DNA from: an uncultured virus (IMG/VR IMGVR_UViG_3300005099_000288)
Taxonomy: Duplodnaviria; Heunggongvirae; Uroviricota; Caudoviricetes
DNA: 64,000 bases
Strand: one strand, 5' to 3'
Virus record (IMG/VR): IMGVR_UViG_3300005099_000288
Below are positions 47,707 to 57,393 of this stretch, one piece after another. Below the pieces are notes generated by a model that was given only the letters and a program-made list of their open reading frames with translations, was not told the origin of the DNA and ran no database searches. Positions within the stretch are counted from its first letter, which is position 1. The number at the start of each line of letters is the position of its first letter. The position numbers were made by a program, and so were the translations under genes.

Positions 47707-48232
47707 GATTTCACAAGATGAATATTTCATGATATTGGCGCTTTTAGTGAGTACCAGGTCTACGTGTTTGAGGAACAGAGTAGGAGCAGTTTTGGTAAAG
47801 GATAAGCGAATTATTTCAACAGGATATAATGGTTCACCAAGAGGGATGAAACATTGTGAAGAAGTAGGATGTCTGAGAGAAGAACTGAAAGTACCCAGTG
47901 GAGAGAGACACGAGATTTGTCGTGCCGTACATGCAGAAATGAATTGTGTAATATGGGCTTCTTTGAACAATTCCTCAACTGCAGGAGCCACTCTTTATGT
48001 AACACACTTTCCGTGTTCAATTTGTGCTAGAATACTGATAAATGCAGGGATAAAACGTATTGTATATTTCAGAGAATACAATGACAAATTTTCGAAGGAT
48101 TTACTTTCTGAAGCAGGTATTGTTATGAGAAAAATTGATTCTGAGCGTCTTCTGAGAAATTTCGAGCAGTGCGTAGATATGATTAGGAAACAGTTTGTAG
48201 AGGAGGGAATATATGTCTGGGAGAATCGTTGA
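47693..48232 (+). CDS. dCMP deaminase
   Basis: RSTC---VGAV, TGYNG, HAEMN, PCSIC. Confidence 0.93.
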   Translation: MIPCRISQDEYFMILALLVSTRSTCLRNRVGAVLVKDKRIISTGYNGSPRGMKHCEEVGCLREELKVPSGERHEICRAVHAEMNCVIWASLNNSSTAGATLYVTHFPCSICARILINAGIKRIVYFREYNDKFSKDLLSEAGIVMRKIDSERLLRNFEQCVDMIRKQFVEEGIYVWENR

Positions 48233-48974
48233 TTTGTTAATAGAACCCTCATATTCCTGTAATTTGAGATGTAGGCATTGTAGTTCTGTTGGTGTAGAAG
48301 AAAGACCTATAAGTTTTTATTGGACTCTTAGGAGAATAGTTTCTTCATATAAGGTAGAACAGATTAGAATAAGTGGAGGGGAACCTACAGTCTATCCGAA
48401 CTTGAGACAATTGATATATTGGTTAAGATCTGAATTTGGCTATGGCGGCAAAATTATCCTTCAGACAAATGGTGTAGAGTATTTTTACGATTGTGAAATC
48501 GACCAATATTGGATATCACTATACGGGGATAAACCTTTCCATGAATGGGTTACTCAGGTTAGAGGAAGTTTTGATAGGACCATTGATACTTTACGAGAAC
48601 ATTACGAGGATTCTCCCGATAAAGTTATAGTACAGACCCCTGTATTTGATTTTGTGCAGTTCAAGAGTATGGATTCTCTTATTAAAAAGTATCCATTTCT
48701 TTCCAATATTACATTCAGGTTTACTCGTTTACTGCAGCATGGAAGTGCCGAATTTCTTTTGTCAGTTTATTCAAGAGAACATCAGTTTGAAGTTGCAAGA
48801 ACTTTCCCATATAAAAAAATAATAACATGCTCTTTGACTGGAAAGAATTGTTCGAGAGATAAAAAACTAATAATAAGACCAGATGGTAGAGTATTTCGGT
48901 GTGCTTCGTGTAAACATGGGATAAATAAATGTTCTGATAAAATTGAGTCGGTAGAACCCCTCGAAAAGTTTTAA
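48213..48974 (+). CDS. radical SAM enzyme with C-terminal twitch/SPASM-like Cys cluster
   Basis: CNLRCRHC, SGGEP, TNG, C---C...IRPDGRVFRC. Confidence 0.85.
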   Translation: MSGRIVDLLIEPSYSCNLRCRHCSSVGVEERPISFYWTLRRIVSSYKVEQIRISGGEPTVYPNLRQLIYWLRSEFGYGGKIILQTNGVEYFYDCEIDQYWISLYGDKPFHEWVTQVRGSFDRTIDTLREHYEDSPDKVIVQTPVFDFVQFKSMDSLIKKYPFLSNITFRFTRLLQHGSAEFLLSVYSREHQFEVARTFPYKKIITCSLTGKNCSRDKKLIIRPDGRVFRCASCKHGINKCSDKIESVEPLEKF

Positions 48975-49010
48975 ATAAAAAAATTGAGTTAACTAATAAG
49001 TGGTGGTAAG

Positions 49011-49229
49011 ATGAGTCATATTAAGACTGCATTGGTCTATATCAATAATACGATAAAAGACCTGAGATTCAAACATAAACTTTACTCTTCTGGAAAATGC
49101 CCCGAATACAAGAAAGTGACTCCTGATCTCTTGAGAACAATCGAATTATTAGAAATGGCAAAAAAAGAACTCGAAGAATTTGAGACTAAATTTAACAAAT
49201 TTTATAGATTACTGGGAAAGATAGTATGA
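49011..49229 (+). CDS. hypothetical protein
   Basis: TATA and GGTGG upstream; 72 aa. Confidence 0.55.
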   Translation: MSHIKTALVYINNTIKDLRFKHKLYSSGKCPEYKKVTPDLLRTIELLEMAKKELEEFETKFNKFYRLLGKIV

Positions 49230-49351
49230 AGACAATAATTGTTGAAATAAAATGTAACAATGAAGAATGTAATTTATGTGAGACTAACGTTACTGAATGC
49301 TTTAATTGCTCATTCTCAGAAGTATTAGGATTTCAGATCAATAGGAGGTGA
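49226..49351 (+). CDS. 41-aa Cys-rich peptide (not in ORF track)
   Basis: KCNNEECNLCE...CFNC; ATGA and GTGA overlaps on the two sides. Confidence 0.5.
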   Translation: MKTIIVEIKCNNEECNLCETNVTECFNCSFSEVLGFQINRR

Positions 49352-50082
49352 AAAAGTTGAGGATTTTTAGGAATTGTGTAGAGGCAATATCTGAATTGAC
49401 TCGTGAGATATTTTCTCGAGGAGTGAGAGCATATGACCCCACAGTACAAGCACAGCATGTTAGTAAAGATAAGTATGAAGCAAAAGAACTATTGGGTTAT
49501 TGCTATTGGATATTAGACGTGAGTGATAGGGACAGAATGTTAGAATGGGCGAGTAAAGAATTCGACAAAAAACATCTAAATCTCAATTACGCTCAGGCAT
49601 GGCTAGAGGAAATGCTTCGTCAAAAAGCTGTAAATCCTGGGACTTCTTGGAAGCATTGGGAAAATTATTGGGGAGATAAACTGGAGACGAACGGGAAGTT
49701 TTCCTACACATATGAAGAGCGTTTTGTATATCTAGACCAAGTTATAAATCATCTCAAGAACAACCGACATGCAAGGGGTGCAGTATTGTCAATATATGAG
49801 ACTACGCGTGATATAACTAATATGGGTCGTTCTAGAACTCCATGTTCAATGTGGATTCAGTTTATGATACGTAAATGGGGAGGATCAGAGAAACTTTTGC
49901 TCTTTTATACTCAGAGATCCTGTGATTTCTGTAATTTCTATCCATTAGACGTGTGGAGAATGACTGGAGTGCAAATATATGCTGCAAATAAACTTGGTGT
50001 CGAAGTAGGTCCATTCATACATTATATTTCATGTTTGCACGCATTTAGAAAAGACGTTAAAGATCCGAGGAGGTTATGGTAA
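49348..50082 (+). CDS. thymidylate synthase homologue, dCMP (hydroxy)methylase-like
   Basis: YTYEER, catalytic PCS, QF, QRSCD, H-ISCLH; Asp at the position equivalent to E. coli N177. Confidence 0.85.
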   Translation: MKKLRIFRNCVEAISELTREIFSRGVRAYDPTVQAQHVSKDKYEAKELLGYCYWILDVSDRDRMLEWASKEFDKKHLNLNYAQAWLEEMLRQKAVNPGTSWKHWENYWGDKLETNGKFSYTYEERFVYLDQVINHLKNNRHARGAVLSIYETTRDITNMGRSRTPCSMWIQFMIRKWGGSEKLLLFYTQRSCDFCNFYPLDVWRMTGVQIYAANKLGVEVGPFIHYISCLHAFRKDVKDPRRLW

Positions 50083-50182
50083 ATGGTCGAGAAAAAGAAA
50101 AAGAAAGAACCAATTGAAATCAGAAGCATATGGGACCTCATAAATTTGGTAATGAATAAAACATCGATAAAAAAAATCTCTA

Positions 50183-50461
50183 TTGAAATGGAAGATGGCA
50201 GAGAATTCATTTACACGAGAGAAAAAAAGGATTGAAGTAGACGGAGATGTCATTAATTGGTTCCTAAAAATACGCAATAAGTTCTATGAGTTCTATAATC
50301 CTAAGGGAGTCCAGTTTAGGGTCTATATAGGAATTGACAAACCTTCGTTCATCGAAATCTCAGGTCCGAATGAGTTACTGGGATCTTTGGAAGAAATAAT
50401 AAAAAATAAGGATAAAAAAACTTTAATCAATCTAATATTAACTGAGAAATTTAGGAGGTAA
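50183..50461 (+). CDS. hypothetical protein
   Basis: ORF within the operon; start uncertain. Confidence 0.45.
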   Translation: MKWKMAENSFTREKKRIEVDGDVINWFLKIRNKFYEFYNPKGVQFRVYIGIDKPSFIEISGPNELLGSLEEIIKNKDKKTLINLILTEKFRR

Positions 50462-50466
50462 AAGTA

Positions 50467-52026
50467 ATGTGCGGAATTATATTCAAAAATAATAAAATAA
50501 CTGAGGATGAGATTTCTTTTCTAGAACATAGGGGTCTGAGATATAATGAGTATAGCTCTAAAAACTTTAGTCTCGGTGTGTGGAGACTACCTACAATGGA
50601 TTTAAGCCAAGACGCAGATCAACCATATGTATGGAGACAATATGTTATAGGGTTTAATGGCAATATTTACAATCATTTATCTCTTAGGGAGATCCTACTA
50701 AAAAACGGTTATAGATTCAAGACAAATTCTGATACCGAGACGTTGTTAAAGTGGTTTCATTATTGTAGAGGGGATTGGAACAAATTTTTTAGGAACTTAG
50801 ACGGAGATTATTCATTCGTAATAGTGGACACTGCGAAAAATAAAGCCTTTATTGCTGTAGATCCTTTGTCGTTTAAACAATTATATTATGCATTTACATC
50901 ACAGAGTGAATGGATTTTTTCTTCTGAATGTAAGCCTATTCTCGCAAATTTTGTCAAGATCTTCTTGTACGAAGATTACCTTCAGATGTATAAAATCTTC
51001 AGATATTGTCCGTATGAGATTACCCCATTCTATAAAGTGTACAAGGTTCCTCAGACCGATATGTTTGTTTTGAATCTAAATACAGGTTCTATTCGAGAGA
51101 TAGATAGACCTGACAATTTATCATTCAAGGTGTCTCAATATACTGAATTGAGGAATATGAATATCGAAGAAGCTGCTAAGGTTTTGCGTAAAAAAATTAT
51201 AGAAACTATTAAACTACGTGCATTGACAGATCAAAAAATCGTAATACCCCTCAGTGGTGGTATTGATTCTTCGATTATTACAAAAGTATGTGCAGATTCT
51301 GGAATTGAAGTAAACGCAATAAATGTCCGATTTAGAGGGTATGATTATGATGAATCAGAATTTGCTGAAGTAATTGCAGAAGATTGTGATATTCCATTAC
51401 ATAAAGTTAATATTTCTCTTTCTAGGAGGGATCTGGTAAATTTTATTTACTACTACGAGAATTTTGCAGATAAGGGGGGTGTAGTACCAGAGTTTTTATT
51501 ACATAAAGCTATTAAGAAATCGAGTTTAGGAATCACAGTACTTTCAGGAGACCCAGCAGATGAGTTATTTGGAGGTTATAAGAGAATTCTTGCCAATAAT
51601 AGAGAGGAATTAATCAGAAAATTCCTAGTGAAATACGAAGATCTTCGTTATGAGTGGATCGTTGATAAGTGGATCAGTAAAACACCTGAAGATGTAGAGT
51701 ATGCTAGACTCTTTTGGGATTTGCTTGAAACTACATTTTATAATTTTCCTAAGAAGGATCGTGCCAGTATGGCTTATACACTGGATTCAAGAGCAGCATA
51801 TTATAGCACAGATCTTATTGCAATGGCAATCGCGATACCTCGAGAATTTAAATATCATAAGGGAATCCGAAAATATATCCTACGTAGGGCATTTAAGGAA
51901 GATTTACCTGAAACTATTTTATGGAGAGAAAAGAAACCGTTCAAATATCCTGGATATAAGAATCTTTTGCTAGAGGAAATTTTTAAAGAAATTTTCTTAG
52001 AAAGGAGGCTCGAATTTGGAAGATAA
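50467..52026 (+). CDS. asparagine synthetase B-like glutamine amidotransferase
   Basis: MCGI N-terminus, HRG, FNGNIYNH, SDTE, LSGGIDSS, SGDPADELFGGY, DRASMA. Confidence 0.9.
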   Translation: MCGIIFKNNKITEDEISFLEHRGLRYNEYSSKNFSLGVWRLPTMDLSQDADQPYVWRQYVIGFNGNIYNHLSLREILLKNGYRFKTNSDTETLLKWFHYCRGDWNKFFRNLDGDYSFVIVDTAKNKAFIAVDPLSFKQLYYAFTSQSEWIFSSECKPILANFVKIFLYEDYLQMYKIFRYCPYEITPFYKVYKVPQTDMFVLNLNTGSIREIDRPDNLSFKVSQYTELRNMNIEEAAKVLRKKIIETIKLRALTDQKIVIPLSGGIDSSIITKVCADSGIEVNAINVRFRGYDYDESEFAEVIAEDCDIPLHKVNISLSRRDLVNFIYYYENFADKGGVVPEFLLHKAIKKSSLGITVLSGDPADELFGGYKRILANNREELIRKFLVKYEDLRYEWIVDKWISKTPEDVEYARLFWDLLETTFYNFPKKDRASMAYTLDSRAAYYSTDLIAMAIAIPREFKYHKGIRKYILRRAFKEDLPETILWREKKPFKYPGYKNLLLEEIFKEIFLERRLEFGR

Positions 52027-52687
52027 AGAACGTAAATTAAAGGAATTATACCGAGAAATTATGTCATGCAATAGGTGTTTCAAAGAAAAAGATCCTCGTT
52101 GTAAAAAAGCGAAATATTTGAGCAATTTCCATATAGTTAGATCAAACAAAGTAATTCTTCTAGGGCATGGAAACATAAACGCTAACGTAATGATCATCGG
52201 GCATTCTCCAAGTCTACACCCAGAAGGTAACAGAGTTATTTTTGGACATAGATCTTATAAGATTTTCAGCGAAATGCTTAAGATATGGGGATTTAAATTT
52301 GAAGAAATTTTTATTTCCAATGTTGTTTTTTGTTACATACCCACATATAAAACAGGAGATTTCGGGTGTCCTTACATCGAGAAACTTGTCGAGATAATTA
52401 ATCCTAGAATTTGTATATTGTTTGGGAGAGAAGTCGTTGAAAGAATTTTAGGAAAGTCTTATCCCTTAGTTGCTCGAAAAGTTATAAAAGACGGTCGTGT
52501 CTACGTAACATGTTATCACCCTATGTATGCTGTTAGGAGTCCTGATAATGCAGAAAGAGTTCTGGAGACCGCGAGAAAAGTAAAGAAATGCTTTAATGGT
52601 ACAACTCTTGATTATTTTTTATACAATCAATCAAATTCAGAGGTGAAAGTATATGGACGTAAATTTTTACAGAATTACGTGGACTAA
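52016..52687 (+). CDS. family 4-like uracil-DNA glycosylase (Fe-S), atypical motif A
   Basis: CNRC, VMIIGHSP, SNVVFC, LFGREV, YHP; C-terminal TTLDYF is PIP-like. Confidence 0.75.
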   Translation: MEDKERKLKELYREIMSCNRCFKEKDPRCKKAKYLSNFHIVRSNKVILLGHGNINANVMIIGHSPSLHPEGNRVIFGHRSYKIFSEMLKIWGFKFEEIFISNVVFCYIPTYKTGDFGCPYIEKLVEIINPRICILFGREVVERILGKSYPLVARKVIKDGRVYVTCYHPMYAVRSPDNAERVLETARKVKKCFNGTTLDYFLYNQSNSEVKVYGRKFLQNYVD

Positions 52688-54902
52688 ATTCGGAGAGGAC
52701 CCTAAACTTAAGTTACTTGTATATAACGAGGATCATAAGGATATTATTTATGTCGATTTTCCTTTCAGACCGTACTTTTTCATAAAAAAAGAAGATTTTA
52801 GTAAAAAATATAAGGATTGGATTTTGAATAATAATGGAGAAATCAGTGAGTTTAGGGATTTTGTAAAGGTTGAGTTACCAACACCAGACTTAGTTAGTAA
52901 ATTTAGGAGAGAAAATAGAGTTGAAACTTGGGAAGGTGATATCCCTTATGCTAGACGAGTAATGATAGATTGTGATCTCAGTGTAGGGGAACCCCTGAAT
53001 AAATTATATTTTGATATAGAAGTAGATCCAGTCAAAAAAATCAATGTCCAAGATCCACAGGCTAGGATTTTATCAATTGCAGCAGTAGACGATAAGGGGA
53101 ACGAATTCTTTTTTTCTGATAAAGATGAAGTTAACATGATTTTAGATTTTTTAAGACTTAGCGAAAGATATGTCGTTGCTGTCGGTTATTATGCAGGAAG
53201 ATTTGATTATCCTTATTTGAGGAATAGAGCAAAATTACTTGGAATTGATTACGATTGGTTTAAATTTGTTTTTCTGGATTTATATTCGATTTATCGATAC
53301 GTCTTGCACAAATCCGTTGAAACATATAGACTTGATTATATTTCGGAGTTAGAATTGGGACAAAAGAAGTACAGGGATCTTGAGAGAGAAGGAAAAATAC
53401 AGCTTTTGAGAGAGTGGTTCGAGAAAAAATCTGAAGAACTTAGGAAATATAATATGCAAGACGCTGTGTTATGCAAGGAATTGGACGAAAAATTAGGAAT
53501 GGTTGATCTGGTATTTAGAATTGCTCAGATTTCTCATACGACCTTTGATTACATTTTTTCATACAGGGAAGAGAAAAAGAGAGATTTTTTGGCTTCAGTT
53601 GTTATAGATTCTTTGGTATTAAATTTATCGAAGAAAAGAGGAGAAAATCGAGTAATATTTCCATCAAGAAGACGCTTCGTAGATATGGAAGAAGAAACAT
53701 ATTCAGGAGGATATGTCAAAGATCCAGTACCTGGATTACACAGGGATGTAGTAGTTTTAGATTTCTCAGGAGCATATAATACTGCATTTAAAGTTCTAAA
53801 TATCGGATGGGAAACATGGCGTAGGGACAAGAGTGGTGAAATAAAAGCTTTACACGGATCTTATACTAAAGAACCGCGGGGGTTATTTGCAGAAACAGTA
53901 GAAATCCTAGAAAAATTACGTGCAAAGTATAAAGGGGAAAGAAAGAAGTACGAGCCTGGTACAAAGGAGTGGAAAATCTATGATACTCTACAATTTGCGT
54001 GTAAGACCATTTTATTAAGTGTTACAGGGATTCTTGGTTATAAGCATTCTCGATTTTACAGGACTGAACATATCGAGAACTGTACAACAATGGTAAGGGA
54101 TTGTATTATTAGGATGATACAAATAGTCGAAGAGGATCTACGTCTAAAAGTTTTGGGAGCAGATACTGATAGTCTTTTTATTAAAGTTTTTGATCCTCCT
54201 CTGAGACCTAAGGTAGAAGTGAAAGGAAATACTATAGTTGAAAAAGCCTACAATATATGTGATTTTCTGAATAAAAAATTAAAAGAGTATTGTAGGGTCG
54301 TCTATAATACAGATCCTTTAGTATTGAGTGTTGACAAAATTTATTCGAAACTTTTTGTATTTCCTGTGAAGAAGAGATATGCTGGGATAGTTACATATGA
54401 AGACGGGAATGAGTGTTTTTATTTGAAATATGTAGGTATTGAAGCTGTGAAAAAAGATACACCTCCAGCTGTTAGGGAGTTTCAGAGAGAATTATTACGA
54501 ATGATACTTGCAGGGTATAGAATGTCTGAGATTGTTAAATACGCCAACGAAATAAAGGAACGACTCTTTAAAGGAAGACTCGATGAGGGCTTAGTTGTGT
54601 GGAAGGGATTGAATAAACCTATTGAAGAGTATGCAGTTGATGCACCTCATGTTCGGGTCGCTAAAATACTCGAGGCGGAAGGACATCAAGTACGAACAGG
54701 GGACAAAATAGGATTTATTAGATATGGTCCGGATAAGAGAGATGTAGAACCTTATTATATTGGGAGGAAGACTAAAATACCTCCGAGGGGTTATAAGTAT
54801 TTGTGGGATAACCAGTTTGTTCCGATCTTAGAGAGGCTTGGCCTCTCTGCTTACACTAGCAGACAAACAAAATTGGAGGGATTCGTACGAAAATCCTCAT
54901 AG
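52653..54902 (+). CDS. polB: family B DNA polymerase
   Basis: ExoI FDIE, ExoII FDYPYL, ExoIII YNMQD; pol LDF, DTDS, KKRY; C-terminal PIP box QTKLEGF. Confidence 0.93.
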   Translation: MDVNFYRITWTKFGEDPKLKLLVYNEDHKDIIYVDFPFRPYFFIKKEDFSKKYKDWILNNNGEISEFRDFVKVELPTPDLVSKFRRENRVETWEGDIPYARRVMIDCDLSVGEPLNKLYFDIEVDPVKKINVQDPQARILSIAAVDDKGNEFFFSDKDEVNMILDFLRLSERYVVAVGYYAGRFDYPYLRNRAKLLGIDYDWFKFVFLDLYSIYRYVLHKSVETYRLDYISELELGQKKYRDLEREGKIQLLREWFEKKSEELRKYNMQDAVLCKELDEKLGMVDLVFRIAQISHTTFDYIFSYREEKKRDFLASVVIDSLVLNLSKKRGENRVIFPSRRRFVDMEEETYSGGYVKDPVPGLHRDVVVLDFSGAYNTAFKVLNIGWETWRRDKSGEIKALHGSYTKEPRGLFAETVEILEKLRAKYKGERKKYEPGTKEWKIYDTLQFACKTILLSVTGILGYKHSRFYRTEHIENCTTMVRDCIIRMIQIVEEDLRLKVLGADTDSLFIKVFDPPLRPKVEVKGNTIVEKAYNICDFLNKKLKEYCRVVYNTDPLVLSVDKIYSKLFVFPVKKRYAGIVTYEDGNECFYLKYVGIEAVKKDTPPAVREFQRELLRMILAGYRMSEIVKYANEIKERLFKGRLDEGLVVWKGLNKPIEEYAVDAPHVRVAKILEAEGHQVRTGDKIGFIRYGPDKRDVEPYYIGRKTKIPPRGYKYLWDNQFVPILERLGLSAYTSRQTKLEGFVRKSS

Positions 54903-55531
54903 ATACTAGAGAATTCTCTAAAAATGCTGACATAGCGAGATCTCTTATTAATTGTGGAGTCACTGTTAAAGTAGATAATTTACCGGCTGATTATTTAATT
55001 CCTGCAGGTGGGATTATTGTGGAACGCAAGAATTGTATAGATTTTGTTAAATCTGTTGCTTCTAAGAGGATCTTTGATCAATTAAAAAAACTAAAGTCAT
55101 TGGAGAATGGAACTCCGATTCTCCTTATAGAAGGAACTGTTGCTCTGATAAATAAATTTACTAAATGGAGTGAAAGCTCTATTGTTGCATTGATAAATTC
55201 TATAATATTAGACTGGAAGGTCCCTATATTTTTTGCTTCTTCAAAGAAATACACGGTGCTATTTTTATACGATCTAGCAAGGAGAACAGAACGTGAAAAA
55301 AAGGAGATCTCTCTTAGATTCAAACCTGTACAGAAAACCACAGAAGAAAAAGCATTGTATATTTTAGAGGGACTACCAGGGATTTCAGGAAAAAGAGCGA
55401 AGGATTTACTGAATCATTTTAGATCTGTTGAATCTGTATTTGAAAATTTGGAACATATTGACGATGTAAGAGGAATCGGTAAAAAAACAAAAGAAGAAAT
55501 TCTGGAGGTTGTAAGATGGAGAAAAATGTGA
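54887..55531 (+). CDS. XPF/ERCC4-type nuclease with HhH motifs (extended to an ACG codon at 54887)
   Basis: In-frame upstream KILIDTRE...PADYLI...VERK; C-terminal LPGISGK and VRGIGKK HhH. Confidence 0.8.
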   Translation, partial: TKILIDTREFSKNADIARSLINCGVTVKVDNLPADYLIPAGGIIVERKNCIDFVKSVASKRIFDQLKKLKSLENGTPILLIEGTVALINKFTKWSESSIVALINSIILDWKVPIFFASSKKYTVLFLYDLARRTEREKKEISLRFKPVQKTTEEKALYILEGLPGISGKRAKDLLNHFRSVESVFENLEHIDDVRGIGKKTKEEILEVVRWRKM

Positions 55532-55944
55532 AATTCTTTCCTCTGTTTGTTATGCCTGTACCGAATATAGAAAAGGCTGAGAATATAATTTCAAACATAA
55601 GAGAAACTGCTCATAATATGTTTGTTTCGGAAGGGAACGTGAGTCCGTGTATACATTTTGTTTCAAGAGGAATGTGGTACTATATTCCATTGTGGGATAT
55701 CTCAGAAGAAATTATAGAATTATGTGTTGAAATATACGAAAATGTAGTGTCTGATGGAATATGTCTTTTCTTCGTAAAAGAAGAAGGAAATGATAGATTT
55801 TTATATGAATATGTCTTTCTCAAGGGGAAGTGGAAAAAATACAAAAGAGATCATATGGAAGAAACTGAGTGTAAAATTGAATCTGACCCGTTATTAGAGG
55901 AGTTTAGCAAAATTTATCATGAGAAAAACTCACATTATATTTGA
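55516..55944 (+). CDS. hypothetical protein
   Basis: GGAGGT RBS; 142 aa. Confidence 0.6.
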   Translation: MEKNVKFFPLFVMPVPNIEKAENIISNIRETAHNMFVSEGNVSPCIHFVSRGMWYYIPLWDISEEIIELCVEIYENVVSDGICLFFVKEEGNDRFLYEYVFLKGKWKKYKRDHMEETECKIESDPLLEEFSKIYHEKNSHYI

Positions 55945-55988
55945 CCTCGTAGTTTCTTCTAGAAATGGTAAATTAGGGTTGGAAAAGA

Positions 55989-56065
55989 CTTTTATATTCA
56001 AGGATCTGAAAAATTTCAGCTACGAGCTCCTAGCAGCGTAATACGGATATCCTAGCAAGGGATCC
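55989..56065 (+). repeat. ~80-bp duplicated promoter/leader element, copy 2
   Basis: Homologous to the reverse complement of 8522..8600. Confidence 0.75.
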
Positions 56066-56115
56066 TAAAGGAAAAACAGAAAAAATTTTTAATAGGAGAA
56101 TTAATATTTTAATTA

Positions 56116-56502
56116 GTGATGGGTTCGACATTTAGTAAAATTTGTGAAGAATTGAAATATACAAAATGTGAGAAGTGTCTCAAAAAATACGCGATTCTTA
56201 TTGAGTATTTGTCTTTTGTAGAAGTTACAATACAACAAGGTCACTATAGTGAAACCTTGAATTATCTGGGGGACTTCGTAAGAACTTTAGGGGATTTAGT
56301 TTCTACTAATTGCATTTCAAAATCTACGAGAGACTTTGTTCTCGATGAAATGAGAACCCTTAAGAATATTCTGAGAGATCGGAGGAAAATTGCTACGACA
56401 GAGGCTCGTATAATTTATTCGGAGTATTTGAGACTAAAGAGTGCTTGTACTGAGGATCTTTTTGGGATTATTCCCGAGTTATGTCGGAAGATGTGTAAAT
56501 GA
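56116..56502 (+). CDS. hypothetical Cys-containing helical protein
   Basis: 128-aa ORF. Confidence 0.55.
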   Translation: MMGSTFSKICEELKYTKCEKCLKKYAILIEYLSFVEVTIQQGHYSETLNYLGDFVRTLGDLVSTNCISKSTRDFVLDEMRTLKNILRDRRKIATTEARIIYSEYLRLKSACTEDLFGIIPELCRKMCK

Positions 56503-56587
56503 GTGTCGAAGAACGAATATTGGGACTCTCTGTTGGGATAATCGTAGGAATCTTTTTATTTCTGTATTTTCTGTATGATTTGATGAA

Positions 56588-56860
56588 ATGCTTGAAATCA
56601 TCGACTGGGAAGAACTCAGAAAAATAATAAGTGAGAGCAAAATAGAAGGACGAATTGATGTAGACAAAATTAAGAAGGTTCTCGAAAAATTATACGTTGT
56701 ATCATATTTAGAAGTTATGGGATTCTACAGAGAGGGGACTCTCGACATGAAAATTTCAGAGGAAATGAAAAAATTAAATAAAGAAGAGATCAAGTTAGTG
56801 TCAATAATCCTCGGAGAGATCGGAGAATCTATCATAAGGCGTTTTATAGTGGGAGGCTAG
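56588..56860 (+). CDS. hypothetical protein
   Basis: 90-aa ORF. Confidence 0.55.
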   Translation: MLEIIDWEELRKIISESKIEGRIDVDKIKKVLEKLYVVSYLEVMGFYREGTLDMKISEEMKKLNKEEIKLVSIILGEIGESIIRRFIVGG

Positions 56861-56863
56861 TCT

Positions 56864-57358
56864 GTGGGAGATCTGTACTTATTGAAAGTTCCAGGTTATA
56901 CATTGATTAGAATGGATGATGATTTTTACAAACTACTCAAATTTGCTGCTGAGGAACATAAAAAGATATTCAGATTGTCTGAAAAACGTTTTAATTATTA
57001 TGTTTACCTGGACAAAAAAAGAGCTTTTGTAGATGCAATTAGGAGTATTAAAATGAATGCTACTTTTATTGATGAGGTTCCAGAACATCATTCTGATATT
57101 TTTCTCGCAACTTCTTGGCCTGTTACGTGGGTTATTATATTTTTCAGGGAGTATGGGGGTAGTGTCAAAAAACTTAAATATAGTGTGCATAAGAAAGAGG
57201 GAAAACTTGTTCTTTTAAATGAAAAATACATGGAAGTATGTCCTATAGAGGAGTACAAAGGAGTGCGTGTTAGCAAAATAATTGAGAGCCCTACATTAAT
57301 TTACTTTCGTCAATCTGGAAAATCCAAGCGATACCTAAAATCTAGGGGATTTCTATAA
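56864..57358 (+). CDS. distant MTWY-family member
   Basis: LYLLKVP...YYVYLDKKRAFVD...SDIF. Confidence 0.5.
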   Translation: MGDLYLLKVPGYTLIRMDDDFYKLLKFAAEEHKKIFRLSEKRFNYYVYLDKKRAFVDAIRSIKMNATFIDEVPEHHSDIFLATSWPVTWVIIFFREYGGSVKKLKYSVHKKEGKLVLLNEKYMEVCPIEEYKGVRVSKIIESPTLIYFRQSGKSKRYLKSRGFL

Positions 57359-57393
57359 TTTTTTATCTAGTTAAAGCCTGTACTTTTATACAG

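Noticed and set aside
56030..56048. 16S rRNA fragment (AGCAGCGTAATACGGA resembles the 530 loop)
   Set aside because: The match is short and gapped, has no flanking rRNA similarity, and the second copy diverges.
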